From Eledone cirrhosa (Eukaryota): a stretch of DNA of 64,000 nucleotides. Each line of letters opens with the position of its first letter. Position 1 is the stretch's first letter. Under the pieces are notes generated by a model. It worked only from the letters and a program-made list of their open reading frames with translations, had not been told where the DNA came from and made no database searches. Location of the stretch: NCBI GenBank assembly GCA_964016885.1, contig OZ024743.1, positions 162,378,001 through 162,442,000 on the forward strand, written 5' to 3'. The position numbers and the translations under genes were made by a program. Of this stretch, positions 38,918 through 51,641 are shown piece by piece.

Positions 38918-40835
38918 TTGCTACAGTTGCCGAGACCCAAAATGTTTTCGCTAACAGCAGCAGCAGCAATAGCACGACAAATAGGTTTGTCACGTGCAGA
39001 CGTAGATTTCCCGCCCTTACTAATGTCTACTAATGTTAAAACCACGATCTCCACCACCACAATGTCGAAGAGTACATCTAACACCACTGATACCACCACC
39101 AGCACCATCATAGCAACAGCTGAAACAAAAAAAAATGATCTCGTGATATCAAAATGAATTCTCCCAAAATGGATTCTGCCACGTCGAACGCCACTAATAC
39201 CACCAACACAACAACAACAACTGAAACTAAAAATAATGATAACAAAAATAACAATAACAACAACAGCAACAACAGCAACAATAAGAATAACAACAACAAC
39301 ATCAACGCCAGCGCAAAACGAGATGTGTCATTTGCTAAAGCGGCTAACAAAAACGAAACGATTGAGGTAAGACAGGTAGAGCTGAATGAGACCAGGTGAA
39401 TGGTGAAAAAAAATGGTTACAGGGTCAGCCTCACTCCCCCATCAAATACCATGCAACATCGGCGCCTATGTACTGTATCTTTTCGCACGATCAATATAAA
39501 AACATGCCGAGTGGAGCAGGCATCCGAGTCCCAGATCCAAAAAGCTTTGGAACATGTGTGGGCGAAAAAAACCTACATCAGGCGTGGACAAAGATATGGA
39601 ACCGTGGACGTGTTCTTTGGAACCCCACAGGAAGCCAGAGAACACTAACATTCTATGGCCCCATTTAAAAGTGACGAGTTCACACTCATCCCAAGATACT
39701 GTGGACAGAGGCTGGTAAAAATAAGGGAGACCCACGTTCCGCCGGCTATTGAAATTCCCTGGCTGATGGCTGCCGTCTTCGCCGACATCGAAGCCGACAT
39801 AAAAGTAATTAGAGTAAAACAGGAGAACTGGTCCGGATCTGGAATAGAGCTCCTGATCCAAGCGGACCAAAAAAACCATCCAAGAGATTCCAGAAGTGAT
39901 AGACTCGACGACGGCAGCCACCTCACTGTAATCGTTGAAGGTAGAAGGCCTAGGTGTGTCGTTTGTGGCGAGGGAACCCACCTAAAGGCCTTCTGCCCTC
40001 AGGGGATGGCTAAAAAGTTGAGGCCACCTCTCCTGCCCACCCCAGTGACTCAACCATCAAAACCAGCAGCTGAAATGGCAGCAACAACTGTCGCAGCAAA
40101 GGCATCAGCAACAATAGCAAGACCAACACCACCACTTCCCACGACGCCAGAGGTAGCACCAGCGCCTCCACCATCCACCACGCCACAACCATCACCAATG
40201 CCTGTGGAGGATATTCCTCTCCCCGACCTCTCACAATTGGAGACAGATTGTGACGAGGAGGAGGGGTGGAAAACTGTATCTGGAAAAAAAAGAAACCAAA
40301 AAAGAGAAAACCTCTTCTTTCGGCCTCCAAAAAGAAAATAGAAGGCGAAACAAACAAATTAACAAGTTAAGACAGCTACGCCAGCACTCACACCTGCGTT
40401 ACCAGCCCCATCACCACAAACACCAACACCATCACAATCATCAACCCTAACACCACCATCAACAACACCACAAAAAACACCAACAAGCGAAACAGAAACT
40501 AACCCACAACAACGCAAACAAAACAAAGCAACCAAAACGATACACACTACACAGCATTAAATTTGAACAACCAATTATTACACTATATCCAACACAACAC
40601 CAGCATCACAGAAAAAGACTATACAACACCCCAAAAATTCATACTACCCACACACATACAAATCACTCGTATCACACAGAAAACATACACAACACTAAAA
40701 TTAAAATTCCCCAAGGACAATGGAGAATTCCGGCAAATACTTTCCATGGGGATATATAAAGGCATCCTTCCGGAGGGGGCCACAAAAAGTCAGAAGGGTG
40801 GAAAAACCATCCTTCCTCCACAAGAACTGAGGTAA
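38918..40835 (+). pseudogene. Gag/ORF1-like retroelement protein with CCHC zinc knuckle, disrupted
   Basis: 39154-40341 is one frame with two internal stops (39397, 39646). VSFAKAA, RRM-like segment, CVVCGEGTHLKAFC (CX2CX4HX4C), Pro-rich linker and EGWKTVSGKK. Confidence 0.75.
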
Positions 40836-41454
40836 GTGGTCTTTCCCATCTTTATCCACTCCTTTTCAACAGTGATTCTTTCCTGGGACATTCTAACCAC
40901 ATTCCTGTAGTATCGGAGCTGTGATCTCTGTCTTCCATACTTAACAGCGAAAATAAAATATTAATTGATAAACCATATTGTCTATCCAAAGTGGAACTGG
41001 TCGTTTACTGTCTTCCAAACTTTAGAATGAAAATAATATTAGTCACAGAGCAATATTGTTATTTTTTCCGTGTGCCTAAATATACATTAGCTTCTAATGT
41101 TTTATTTATCATATATTTATTTACCTACATAACTATCATGTTGACGGCGATTCATTTATAAAGTCGGTATTTTTCTTAATTTATGCCAATATATTATCAT
41201 ATTCTTTACTGGTTTCTTTCATTGAACTGCACCCATGATGGGGGTCCGTCTCAAGGGTTCTAGCTGAAAATGTTCATTCTATCACTTATTTCAATCCCGA
41301 ATTTATTTTAACAATTTCAACAGACATACATGAACACAATTTAAACATCAATAGCGGTTTTTAAACCGGCGTAAACATAAACACAATCACATTCATAGAC
41401 AAACATCAATTTCATCACGCCCGTTCCCTCAATCTATCTTATTTCTCATTTCTT

Positions 41455-41490
41455 TCTTCTTATGAAGGACTAGCGTACGAAACGTTAAGA
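41455..41490 (+). ncRNA. Minimal hammerhead motif, sister of 11139, with a different core substitution
   Basis: TCTT-CTTATGA-A-GGAC TAGC GTAC-GAAA-CG-TT^AAGA. Confidence 0.55.
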
Positions 41491-41566
41491 CCCTCTTCCT
41501 GCTATATCAAGCGTTAACCTAATATATCCCTTCCATATATTGTACCGATTGTGTTGTTATTTCTGT

Positions 41567-42660
41567 TTACCTGTTACATACATATATATATAGCTTAATT
41601 ATTAGTTTGTCCTTGATTTGTGCTATTACTCTATCTAGTATATACTTGCTAATTCTACCTATATCCGACTTCGATGGACATATTAATCTAACTGTGGGGT
41701 CAGTTTCGAAGTTACTTTTATGATCCTTTAGGTTAAATGTGGGGTTACAAGGGGTTAGAGGTTCGGTTCTATCAGATATTTTCAGTTTTTTTACTATGCT
41801 AAGTCCTTCCTTATTAATGCTAGTGAGTGCAGATTCTGTTATTTTCTTGTATTTTTTGTGTAGTTCACGGCGTATAAAGTTATTGTATGTGTTATTGTTT
41901 GATGTTTTGTCCGCTTTTACTATAATACCGTTGGTGTTGCGTAGTTTCTTCAGTAGTGCATTGATCTCGTTTTGCAGTCTGTTGTAACCCGTACGTTTTT
42001 TGCATTTGGTTCCACTTATCATGTTCATGACGTCGAGTTCGAAGGCATCAAGCTGGAGGTTATTCGGTGGATTTTTGCAGGATTTGATTCCGTATTTTTC
42101 CCTAGTAAATTCCTCTGTGTTATTAGCTGGTCCTTTATCGTAATGATAGACCTTCCATCGGATTCGATGGATGAAGTCATTATTTCGCTGTATCATGCCG
42201 AGTGTATAGTCCTTGTTTTTAGGTATAGGTATGTTTTTTAAGGACATGCCTATGTGGTGCTTTTCCATGTTAGTGCCGTGCGCTAAGGTTGTTGCTCAAC
42301 CTAGTGGGAGCTGGGTATATGGGATAACAAGTTATCGTTATAGGTAATCCAGTTAGAGGTTGTGAGTACTCTGTATTTTGGATATTTTTAACGTACGGCT
42401 TTGTTTGACTCAACAAGATGTTTCCATAGTTAGGTAGCGAGTTCGCGAGAATTCCTATGCAGGTTATACTTGGAGTAATAATAGTGAAAGAATGAAGAAT
42501 AACATGGTCGGCTGTACAAAAAGGGGATTTATTTCAAGTATTAACAATTGTTTCATTGATCAGGTGAGTCTAAAGGCCGCTAATCACTCGAAGTTGCGTC
42601 ACTCGACCTTAAATACAGTGTTTACCTCTGATCAAATCCTCAGAATACTAGAGAACACAC
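41567..42660 (-). mobile_element. Penelope-like element 5' part (terminal repeat + N-terminal ORF, 233 aa)
   Basis: SLKNIPIP, FIHRIRWK, IVKADKT, LKDHK.NF and VRLICPSKSDIGRISK are PLE RT N-terminal motifs. A hammerhead lies upstream. Confidence 0.85.
42537..42649 (-). ncRNA. Type I hammerhead with long stem II insertion
   Basis: Minus strand AGTATT-CTGAGGA-T TTGATCAG [~65 nt] CTGATCAA T-GAAA-C AATT G-TT^AATACT. Confidence 0.82.
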
Positions 42661-43474
42661 ATATGGCAATTGTATATACAGCGTAGAATCAAAACAATAA
42701 CATCAATAATAAAATATAATGATAAAGTGGTAAAGAAGTTACAGATGTAAAAAGTAAAAGAAAATAAGTAAAAAAATATATAAGTACAGAATACGATAGT
42801 TGATAATGGTGGTGGTGGTGAGTAAGTGTATGTATAACGATGTGAGGGTGGAGGTAATACTAACATGAAAAGCAACATTAGATATATACATGCATACGTG
42901 GTGGTCAAAGGGTTAGAAGTAAAGAATAAGAGGTAGTAACAAATTACAGATAAAAGATGAAAAACAATAAATTAAAAATTAAGTGAGAGATACGAGGATG
43001 AGACATAAGGGATAAGGCTAAGGACGGAGAAGGGGGATTTTGATATGTGTGTGTGTGGTAAATATTTAGCGTGCTGATTGTCTTATCTCAATATTTTTAC
43101 ACGACTGTATGTAAAATCCCCGGCATGTGTCCTTGTTTCGTCCCCCTTTCTTGTGTGCCCTTGTGGCAAATAAAGAAATATATCTTAATGGGGTTGATGC
43201 GACTTCAGGGAGAGAGAGGGAAAGAAAGGTTAGGAGATTTATGAACTAGTAACCAGTCGGTCAGTTGACAGCTAATAACAGTGTGGTGGTATGTATTCCG
43301 TACATTAAAATCCGGGTGGTTCAGGTCGAATTTTGAGTTTGCTGGGTCGAATCATGTTGGTTTGAAATTTGTGAATTTGGTAGCTGCTTTGTGCCTACAG
43401 AAAATTGATCTTTCTATTTTGCTGTTAAGCTGCATCTTGTCGTACTTTAATTATCATGTGAGTCGAATTTAGTG

Positions 43475-43517
<43 letters not shown>

Positions 43518-44585
43518 TAAATTCGACTGACATGATACTAGTCAATCCGAATCTATAATAGAAAACACTTGTCCATAGTGTCACGTGGTGAAATCGAACC
43601 TGGAACCATATGATTGCGAGGCAAACCTATTAACCATACATCGATGTTGTTTTAACACGCCATTGGGTTAGATAAAAGTTGCATTTCTCAGAGAAGCCTG
43701 GGTTATCTTCCATCTTGGCTGGTAGAAATAGAATTAGTTATCAGTTAATACTTTTTTCTATTACTACTTGCTTGATTGTACTTTAGCTTTTTTAAATATG
43801 CTTTCATGTTTTCTTTAATGCATTCCTAAATATACATTAACTTTATAATGTTTTTAATAATTGAATATGCTAGGAAGTGAATTAGTAGAATCATTAGAAC
43901 GTCGGATAAAATTCGTTGGCCCTTATGATGTGAGGCCGATTGTCGCACTTGGTGGTGAATTGATGATCGTTTTCGTTTTTGTTTCCCTTTTTGTGTATTA
44001 TATTTTATATATTTTTGTGTGTTATATTTGTGGGGTTCCTAGCAATAATTAATTGAATTTTTTATGTTTTATATATTCATTCTGTAAAGATTTGTAATGA
44101 TATTTATACAACTGTGAATAATAAAAGTAAAAGTACTTTGCTCTCTGCACTCTCTGAGTTCAAAACCTACCAAGGTCAACTTTGCCTTGCATCCTTTCGA
44201 AGTCAAGATACTAGTCCGGTACTTCCTCTATATCTCTTTCTCACATCTTCTCCATCACACTCGTTCTCCTTCTCTGGAGGAAATCGGCAGTTACGTGTCC
44301 ATACACACATTATATATGCTATCATCCATATAACTATCGAATTATGATGTTGTTATTCCATACATATTACCGTGCAATGACACTTTACTATCATAACTGC
44401 CTTTCTCTTCATTCTGCAGATAACTGAAGTCGAGCAATTCTCAGACACATGTACGTTAATTTCGCCAGCAAATTTTCGTTGATTGAATCAATTGGAACAT
44501 GCGTCGTGGGAACCGACGTGTACGTGCGCGTGTGTGTGCGGTGTTTGTATGCGTGTGTGTTTGTATTTATGTATGTGATAGAAAG

Positions 44586-44620
<35 letters not shown>

Positions 44621-45521
44621 GAAACAGAATAAGCATAAGAAAACGAAGGTATGAGAAAGAAAACGTAACGATGAGAGAGAGTTGAGATATAAAGTTGGTA
44701 GATGAAGTATACAAGTATCTGTACCCAATACCCCGAAGACCCATCTAGAAACATCAATACTAAATACAATATCAATCCAGGTTTTCTGTTGATTGAACTA
44801 CAATAAATGAACAAACAAACGAACAATACACCTACAGATACACCCCCATGTATTCAGGTGCAAATCAAACAATGTTTTATTTGCACTTTTATAAATAGTT
44901 TGACATTTCCTTTATACGATGTTGTGACGTCAAAACATGTTTATAGTTCCATAATAGTATGGTTAGCTAACGGGAATTTACAGGGTACATACAATACACG
45001 TGCAGTTACACAAATTGAAGAGCATGTAGCCATGGTGCAGAAGTAAAGAAAGAGAAGAAATAATTCTTAGAAAGATCGCATCAGCCATATACAGTTGTTG
45101 GAAATATAGATAAGATCAGTGTGGAGATGGAGACGGTATTGATGACAAGATTAGGTCGAGTGCTACAATGTTGAAGTAGGTTGCACAGACAGATTCATAC
45201 TTATTGATTCTCATTGAAAAAAATTTCCTACTGCGACAAAGGCTGGAAGAATTGTTTTCTTATGATCTTTTTTTTTGGGGGGGGGGGGTTATCTCGTCGG
45301 GGCATGCTTCATACAACAGAGTAAATGAGCATAGCTTTAATACTGTGCGATACAATTTGATATAGAACTGCGGTACGGTTTCTAGTCTTTGATATTACAA
45401 CTGCTATATGGAATATAAATATGATGACAACACAAACTCAGAGATGCAAAATCACAAAGTGTCAGTCATATACATTACATCTCAATGAATTATATCGTTT
45501 AGGGCATAATTCAGAGAAGCT

Positions 45522-45799
45522 TATAAATACAAACATAAATCTATCTCAAATAAGGCTCAGAATTGACTATAGGGGAGATTACATTAGAGTACCTTAAAAT
45601 AAAGGAACCCATGCACGTATCATCCCAGAAGCAACATTCATTGTAAAGCAATCTAAATATCTAGGGCTTAACGAATTTTTAAAATTTTGCAACTGGGATT
45701 ATACGCATATGAGTTTCCTTTATTTTAAGGTACTTTAATGTGATCTTCTCTATAGTCAATTCTGAGCCTTATTTGAGATACATTAATATTTGTATTTAT
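45522..45799. repeat. Inverted repeat with ~100 bp arms (MITE-like or fold-back)
   Basis: TATCTCAAATAAGGCTCAGAATTGACTATAG...ACCTTAAAATAAAGGAA is mirrored at 45715-45799. Confidence 0.85.
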
Positions 45800-47948
45800 A
45801 TATGTATATATATATATATATATATAACCTCTATGAATTGTCTTTTCTCGCTTGAGGATCTGACTGAATCAATTGGAGACAGTTGCTTCTGACACGATCC
45901 TCCAGGAATCAGTGGGCAAAGGAGAAGATGGACCGTATATACTCGAAAATGATTCAACTCGGATATAAGTCGATCCTTATTTTATGTCTGAGAAATAGAC
46001 AAAACTCCAAACCCCGTTTATAAGCCGAGGCAGCTAATCAACCCATTATGTCGCTGTTTTGAAATTGTCATGAGTGGAGAAAATATTTGCGAAGTTTTTA
46101 TATTTTGATATTCAAAAGGTTAAGTGTTCCAGTACGTAATGACTTTTTTACCATTTCATCCGTTTTATTAAGTTTCAAGTTTCTCGAATGTTTGTTTCTG
46201 TCCAAATTAGGAATTATATATAATAGCTTTATCGGCTAGAATCAGAAGTAAATAAATGTTAAGCCTCTAATTAACCAACAAAATTCCATAGCTGTCATCA
46301 AACCCTTTTTTAACTTTTCACAAAAACATTTCCCAAGTACTACGAAATTTTTAATTGAATTTCGATAAAAGCTAACTTTACGCAATATATATCTCAGATG
46401 AAACGAATCAAATATAGCACAACGTTCATAAATTAGCAACGGTGTACATCTAGGTGACTATCTATTTCACTGTAATTCTACATCTAAAAATATTATGTAC
46501 CATGCAACGGTAAAAATGAACAATTTCAAAATGATACATTCATTCAAGTAATGTTACAATCAATATCTTTACTGATTTTCGCTATCAATTTAAAAGTGCA
46601 GATACGAGTTTGTATACATTTAAATCTAATGACTCAGGTTATGGCATCAAAAGGAGATTAATAAATTTTGTCAAATATTATAGCCATTCCAATAGGTTGT
46701 AAATACTTTGTATTTCTGAGTGCAATGAAATAATATTTTCGAATATTCCTCTTCTTAACCATCAACCGGAGTTGCTATCTTCCTGTGAGCATAAACGATA
46801 TAGAACGCTCAGATATTCTGTTCACTAAATCAGATGAAAATAGTGTCAATGATTATTTTTTTTCTCCGAAGTGACGTTCTTTTTGTTTTGTTTTATTTTG
46901 TGTGTTTTTTCAAATGAAAATATTTCTCTTCCGTGACAGCTTTGATCACACGGCGACAATACTCTACCCAACTGATTCCTATCAACCTAACCGTTTTCTG
47001 AATGATTGAACACGGCCGGTTTCCTATCACAACTGAAGCCTGTTGGCCTCGACCGTGGTGGAGGTAAGCGCCCAAATAGATTGACCCTTTTTACCATTCG
47101 AGATGGGATGGTTAGATAAATCTTTAATGTGGAACACCACGTGCTGCGACACGTTCTCCAACTCCAACCTTGTTACATCGGCCACAAACCCGGGAACTGA
47201 CACCTGTAACACAGATACATGAAATATATCCAAATACCAGAACTTAACCCACCGCTTTCTTTTTGCGCTGGTCAACGCCGAGAACTCCGGTGTCCTCGGT
47301 GCCCGGGCTGATGTTTTCCTCCGCAAAAATTAGGATGAATGCATCTTGCCCGAGGATTGAGCCCCGTGGGTTGGAGTGGTTGATGTAGTGGGTATCGCTG
47401 GTTGTTCTCCGGGGCAATGCTTTCGCCATCTTGTCCGCAAGGCGCAGTTGAGATGTACCGCCTAGACAGGTATATAGAGTTTGCCCCTTCTTTCTTCTTT
47501 CCCTCTTTTTTTTTGTTATTTGATATTTTTTCTTTGTTCCTTTTTTTATTATCGAACACACCGTGCCACTATTGGTATTTTAAACCCACTCGTTTAGATC
47601 AACCTGTCTCCTATACTGTTGATAATCACACCAAGTTCCACTTTTCCCTTTCTTCCCTTTCAGATATTTCTATCCTATACACAATACATCCCCTCGTTGT
47701 TACGCTAAGTCTCACACACCCTCAATTCCTAACTTTGTATATACAATATCTTATTATTTGTAGTTTCTCAATATAATCTGATGATTCAACAAATACTACA
47801 TTAGTAAATTGTAATCCTTAATTATTTCCGTTTCAATATACATATTCAATATATTGGGTCGTCAAGTATGACATTTGTAGAATATTTTTTTTATACAAAT
47901 TTCTACAAATTGACGACCTAATATATTGCGTATGTGTGTGTATATATG

Positions 47949-48230
47949 TGAAGGCACATGGCTTAGTGTTTAGAGCAGTAGGCATGCAATCGAAAGGTTG
48001 TGAGTTCAATTCTCGGACCGGGTGATGTCTTGTTTCCTTGAGCAAGACACTTTATTTCACGTTGCTCCAGTTTACTCATCTGAAAATGAGTACCAGCAAT
48101 AGCTGGAGGTTTAACCCTGCAATGGACTGGCGTCCTGTCCAGGGGGAAGTCTTGTACTCTCAGTCGCTTCACGCCATGAAACTGGGATAAGCACCGGCGA
48201 AATGAGCCTTCTGACTAAGACTCACTTTAG
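47949..48230 (+). mobile_element. Full-length tRNA-SINE with CORE-like and V-like domains
   Basis: A/B boxes, then TCCTTGAGCAAGACACTT, then AACCCTGCAATGGACTGGCGTCCTGTCCAGGGG. Confidence 0.75.
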
Positions 48231-48344
48231 ATTTTTTTTTTTTTAGTGTGTATATATTATTATATTGCAGGTAATAAACCTTATTGAACATGTAGGCTAT
48301 ATGCAATATTTCAACTACAGTTTAACACTGTTGTACATATACAG

Positions 48345-48476
48345 TTTCTTCCCTGTTTCTTCCCCTCTTTCTCTATCTCTATCTCTCTCTTTCTTTCTTT
48401 CTTTCTTCCTCTTTCTCTCGTTCTTTCTCACTTTCCACACAAACACACGCACACATATATATCTATATCTATCTAT

Positions 48477-48555
<79 letters not shown>

Positions 48556-48970
48556 TATATATATATAGATATATACATAATAATTTCAAATCTTATATCC
48601 ATAACAAAAATATTTCAACTGTTTCATTCGAAGGAAATCATCAGGAATGCTTTCCTGATGATTTCCTTCGAATGAAACAGTTCTAGTCCTGTAGAAACCA
48701 TTTCTATATTAAATATACATACACACACACACACATATATATACATATATATATATGTGTGTGTGTGTGTGTGTATGTGTGTGTTATGTATTTCCGTAGA
48801 AAAGGTAAAGGAAAGAAGAGTGCTCTATGTATAGTACAGAGCTATTTAATTACATAACGCAATATAATTATTCCATTACCAAAGATTTCAGGAAACTAGA
48901 CGATTTTAACAGAAACGTCGAGTACGCTCATCAGATGAAATATTTATGTTATGGATATAAGATTTGAAAT

Positions 48971-49005
<35 letters not shown>

Positions 49006-49530
49006 AAGTGTTGAAACGATCAAATTTGAGTGTTGAAACGATCAAATTTATTTGCTGACAATTCTTTCTTCCAGAGAGAATCATCGGAGCATAAGGAATG
49101 TCGAAACATGTAACTAAAATCCTAGCCATTTAGAACATGTTCTAAATGGCTAGGATTTTAGTTACATGTTTCGATATTCCTTATGCTCCGATGATTCCAG
49201 ACTTCTCTCTGGAAGAAAGAATTGTCAGCAAATAAATGTTCTAAACTAAAATTTGATCGATTCAACACTCTGTATCTCGGCTCTGTAAAACACTTGAACA
49301 TTTTCATTGAGCCTTCTGTCATACCGGTAACCGGCTAGTACTTAGTACTACCCTACATATTTATAGTTATATCAAACATATATAAATATAAATATTCTTA
49401 TTACTATATTTATATATAGATATAGATATATATATGTGTGCTTGTGTGGAAAGTGAGAAAGAGCGAGAGAAAGAGAAAGAAAGAAAGAAAGAAAGAGAGA
49501 GATAGAGATAGAGAAAGAGGGGAGAAACAG
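48345..49530. repeat. Nested inverted repeats and palindromes
   Basis: Outer arms ~48345-48475 / 49420-49530; arms 48570-48617 / 48936-48990; hairpin 48617-48682; near-perfect palindrome centred on GAACATGTTC at ~49137. Confidence 0.9.
48872..48939 (-). ncRNA. Type I hammerhead candidate with extended stem II
   Basis: TTCAT-CTGATGA-[GCGTACTCGACG...CGTCTAGTTTCCT]-GAAA-TCTTTGG-TA^ATGGA; stems imperfect. Confidence 0.5.
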
Positions 49531-49787
49531 CAGTCTACCAATTTAAACTAATTTCATATGTTGCTATCATGTCATTATTTTCTTACATTGTTTCAAACAA
49601 CATTTAACAGCGAGATCTACATTGCTTACAATATTTTAAAAAATGAACATGCTACGCGCGGGTACAGTACGGAAGGAGATAGTTTATCTATTGAAGTCAG
49701 AAATCAGTTTCTATGGTCGAATGATTTATTTCGCTAACTGGAAGAAAAATAGTTCAAATCTCGCTGCATAGATTTCGCTACATACAT

Positions 49788-49873
<86 letters not shown>

Positions 49874-49875
<2 letters not shown>

Positions 49876-50445
49876 TACCAGCATGCTAAAATAGAACATA
49901 AGGGTAAATTAGAGAACATAAAAATAAAAATAGAATCTACACACAGAAAAGACGCAATGTTTAGACAAATCACAGAGGCAATAAACATAAATGAACTCCA
50001 ACCAAAATTAAATAGAAAACATGAATGGAATATCAACATCACAACTTACAATTAAGGACAAAATGAAAACACACACACATAGAACAAACAACCAACCAGT
50101 AACATGTAAATAAACAAATAAATAAACAAATATAAACACACACAGACACCCGGATGTAACACATGCGCAAACTAAGCACACAACAAAAACAAGATGGCGT
50201 AGGACAGAAAAAAGGAGAGGCACAAAAACAAAGAAAAGAATCCCCAGTCACTGAAGAGGTCACAGAATGTGTGACGAAAGAACTTTGACAATATATGAAC
50301 AATCGTCTGGTTGTGGAACCAACCAACCAACCGGAAATTTATAAATTCCTAAATTTATAAATTTAATTTATAATAAATTGAAGTGAAAGTAACTGGTGCG
50401 TGTGTTTCTTATTGGCAACATGACCCTCCCAAAGTATAACAATAT
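49874..50445 (+). mobile_element. 5'-truncated Penelope-like element 3' end next to (TA)n
   Basis: 49876-50055 reads YQHAKIEHKG...DAMFRQITEAINI...LNRKHEWN*, a PLE GIY-YIG C-terminus absent from the ORF track. Followed by a hammerhead. Confidence 0.8.
50247..50289 (+). ncRNA. Minimal hammerhead, GAAA-GAAC-UU variant
   Basis: GTCA-CTGAAGA-G-GTCACA GAATG TGTGAC-GAAA-G AA C-TT^TGAC. Confidence 0.78.
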
Positions 50446-50578
50446 CGGTTTCAACACACGTTTTCAGATAAAGAATCTTGCTAAACAAATTCAGAAACGA
50501 AATATATATATAACATTAATATCGGTAATTTTTTTTGTATATCGGTAAGGTTTTTTTTATATTGATATTTGTCGGGCA

Positions 50579-50700
50579 TCCACTGATGATTTATAAGTGC
50601 CCACCTACATATATTCCTACGGACTATGTGTAGGCTTCTACATAACCTGGACATTATTTTCGCAATTTGTAGAAAACTTATAATGAAACGATCGTTTGGA
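50579..50700 (+). ncRNA. Type I hammerhead with branched ~95 nt stem II
   Basis: TCCA-CTGATGA-T TTATAAGT [CCTACAT..ATGTGTAGG][TTCTACA..TGTAGAA] ACTTATAA T-GAAA-C GATC G-TT^TGGA. Confidence 0.85.
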
Positions 50701-50892
50701 AAGAGAGATGTATTTTAATTATGTCTCATATAAAATAATACAAATGGCTATCCGCAAAATACGTATAGTTAGCACCCCAAACGTATAATTGGGATTATAC
50801 TTGGTATATCCTAATGTTTGTTGAGTGAGACGGAAGCCGGTCGGAGTATTGCTTAAAGCTTTCTCTGTTAATGTATTAAATATATATATATG

Positions 50893-51061
<169 letters not shown>

Positions 51062-51095
51062 CAAACAGGATGTGGTAAGTAATAACACACCACTG

Positions 51096-51326
51096 TACTC
51101 AATACTTAGGGTAGTAGAGTGGGTAATATGAGAATATGAGAGTCAGGACCCCGACGGTTCAGCCTCGCCTGAGCTCCGGCCGTTTCGACAGCTAGATCTA
51201 ACTGTCGAAACGGCCGGAGCTCAGCCGTTGGGGTCCTGACTCTTTTTCATATATATATATATTTATTTATTATATATATATATTATATATATATGAAAGA
51301 TATATATATATATATATATTTAATAT

Positions 51327-51394
<68 letters not shown>

Positions 51395-51641
51395 CGGTGC
51401 CCCAGCATGGCCTCACCCGGATGGCTGGAACAGGTAAAAGAGATATATAACGAAGGAAGTGTGGTAAGGAACCAGGTGGACCATAACGCACCAGAGTACT
51501 CAATACTTAGGGTAGTAGAGTGGGTAATAGTAAAAGTGTCAGGACCCCGACGGCTGAGCTCCAGCCGTTTTGACAGCTAGATCTGAACTAACGCAGTAGT
51601 GTTAGGACGGCAGCAGTAATCTAGCTGAACTTATCAAGAGG
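51096..51641 (-). repeat. PLE terminal-repeat-like family with degenerate long-stem hammerhead and fold-back hairpin; inverted sister copy 63459-63672
   Basis: 51445-51530 is the reverse complement of ~63588-63672. Hairpin at 51140-51243. Minus strand TTGATAA-..CAGCTAGAT...ATCTAGCTG-TCAAAACGGC. Confidence 0.7.
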
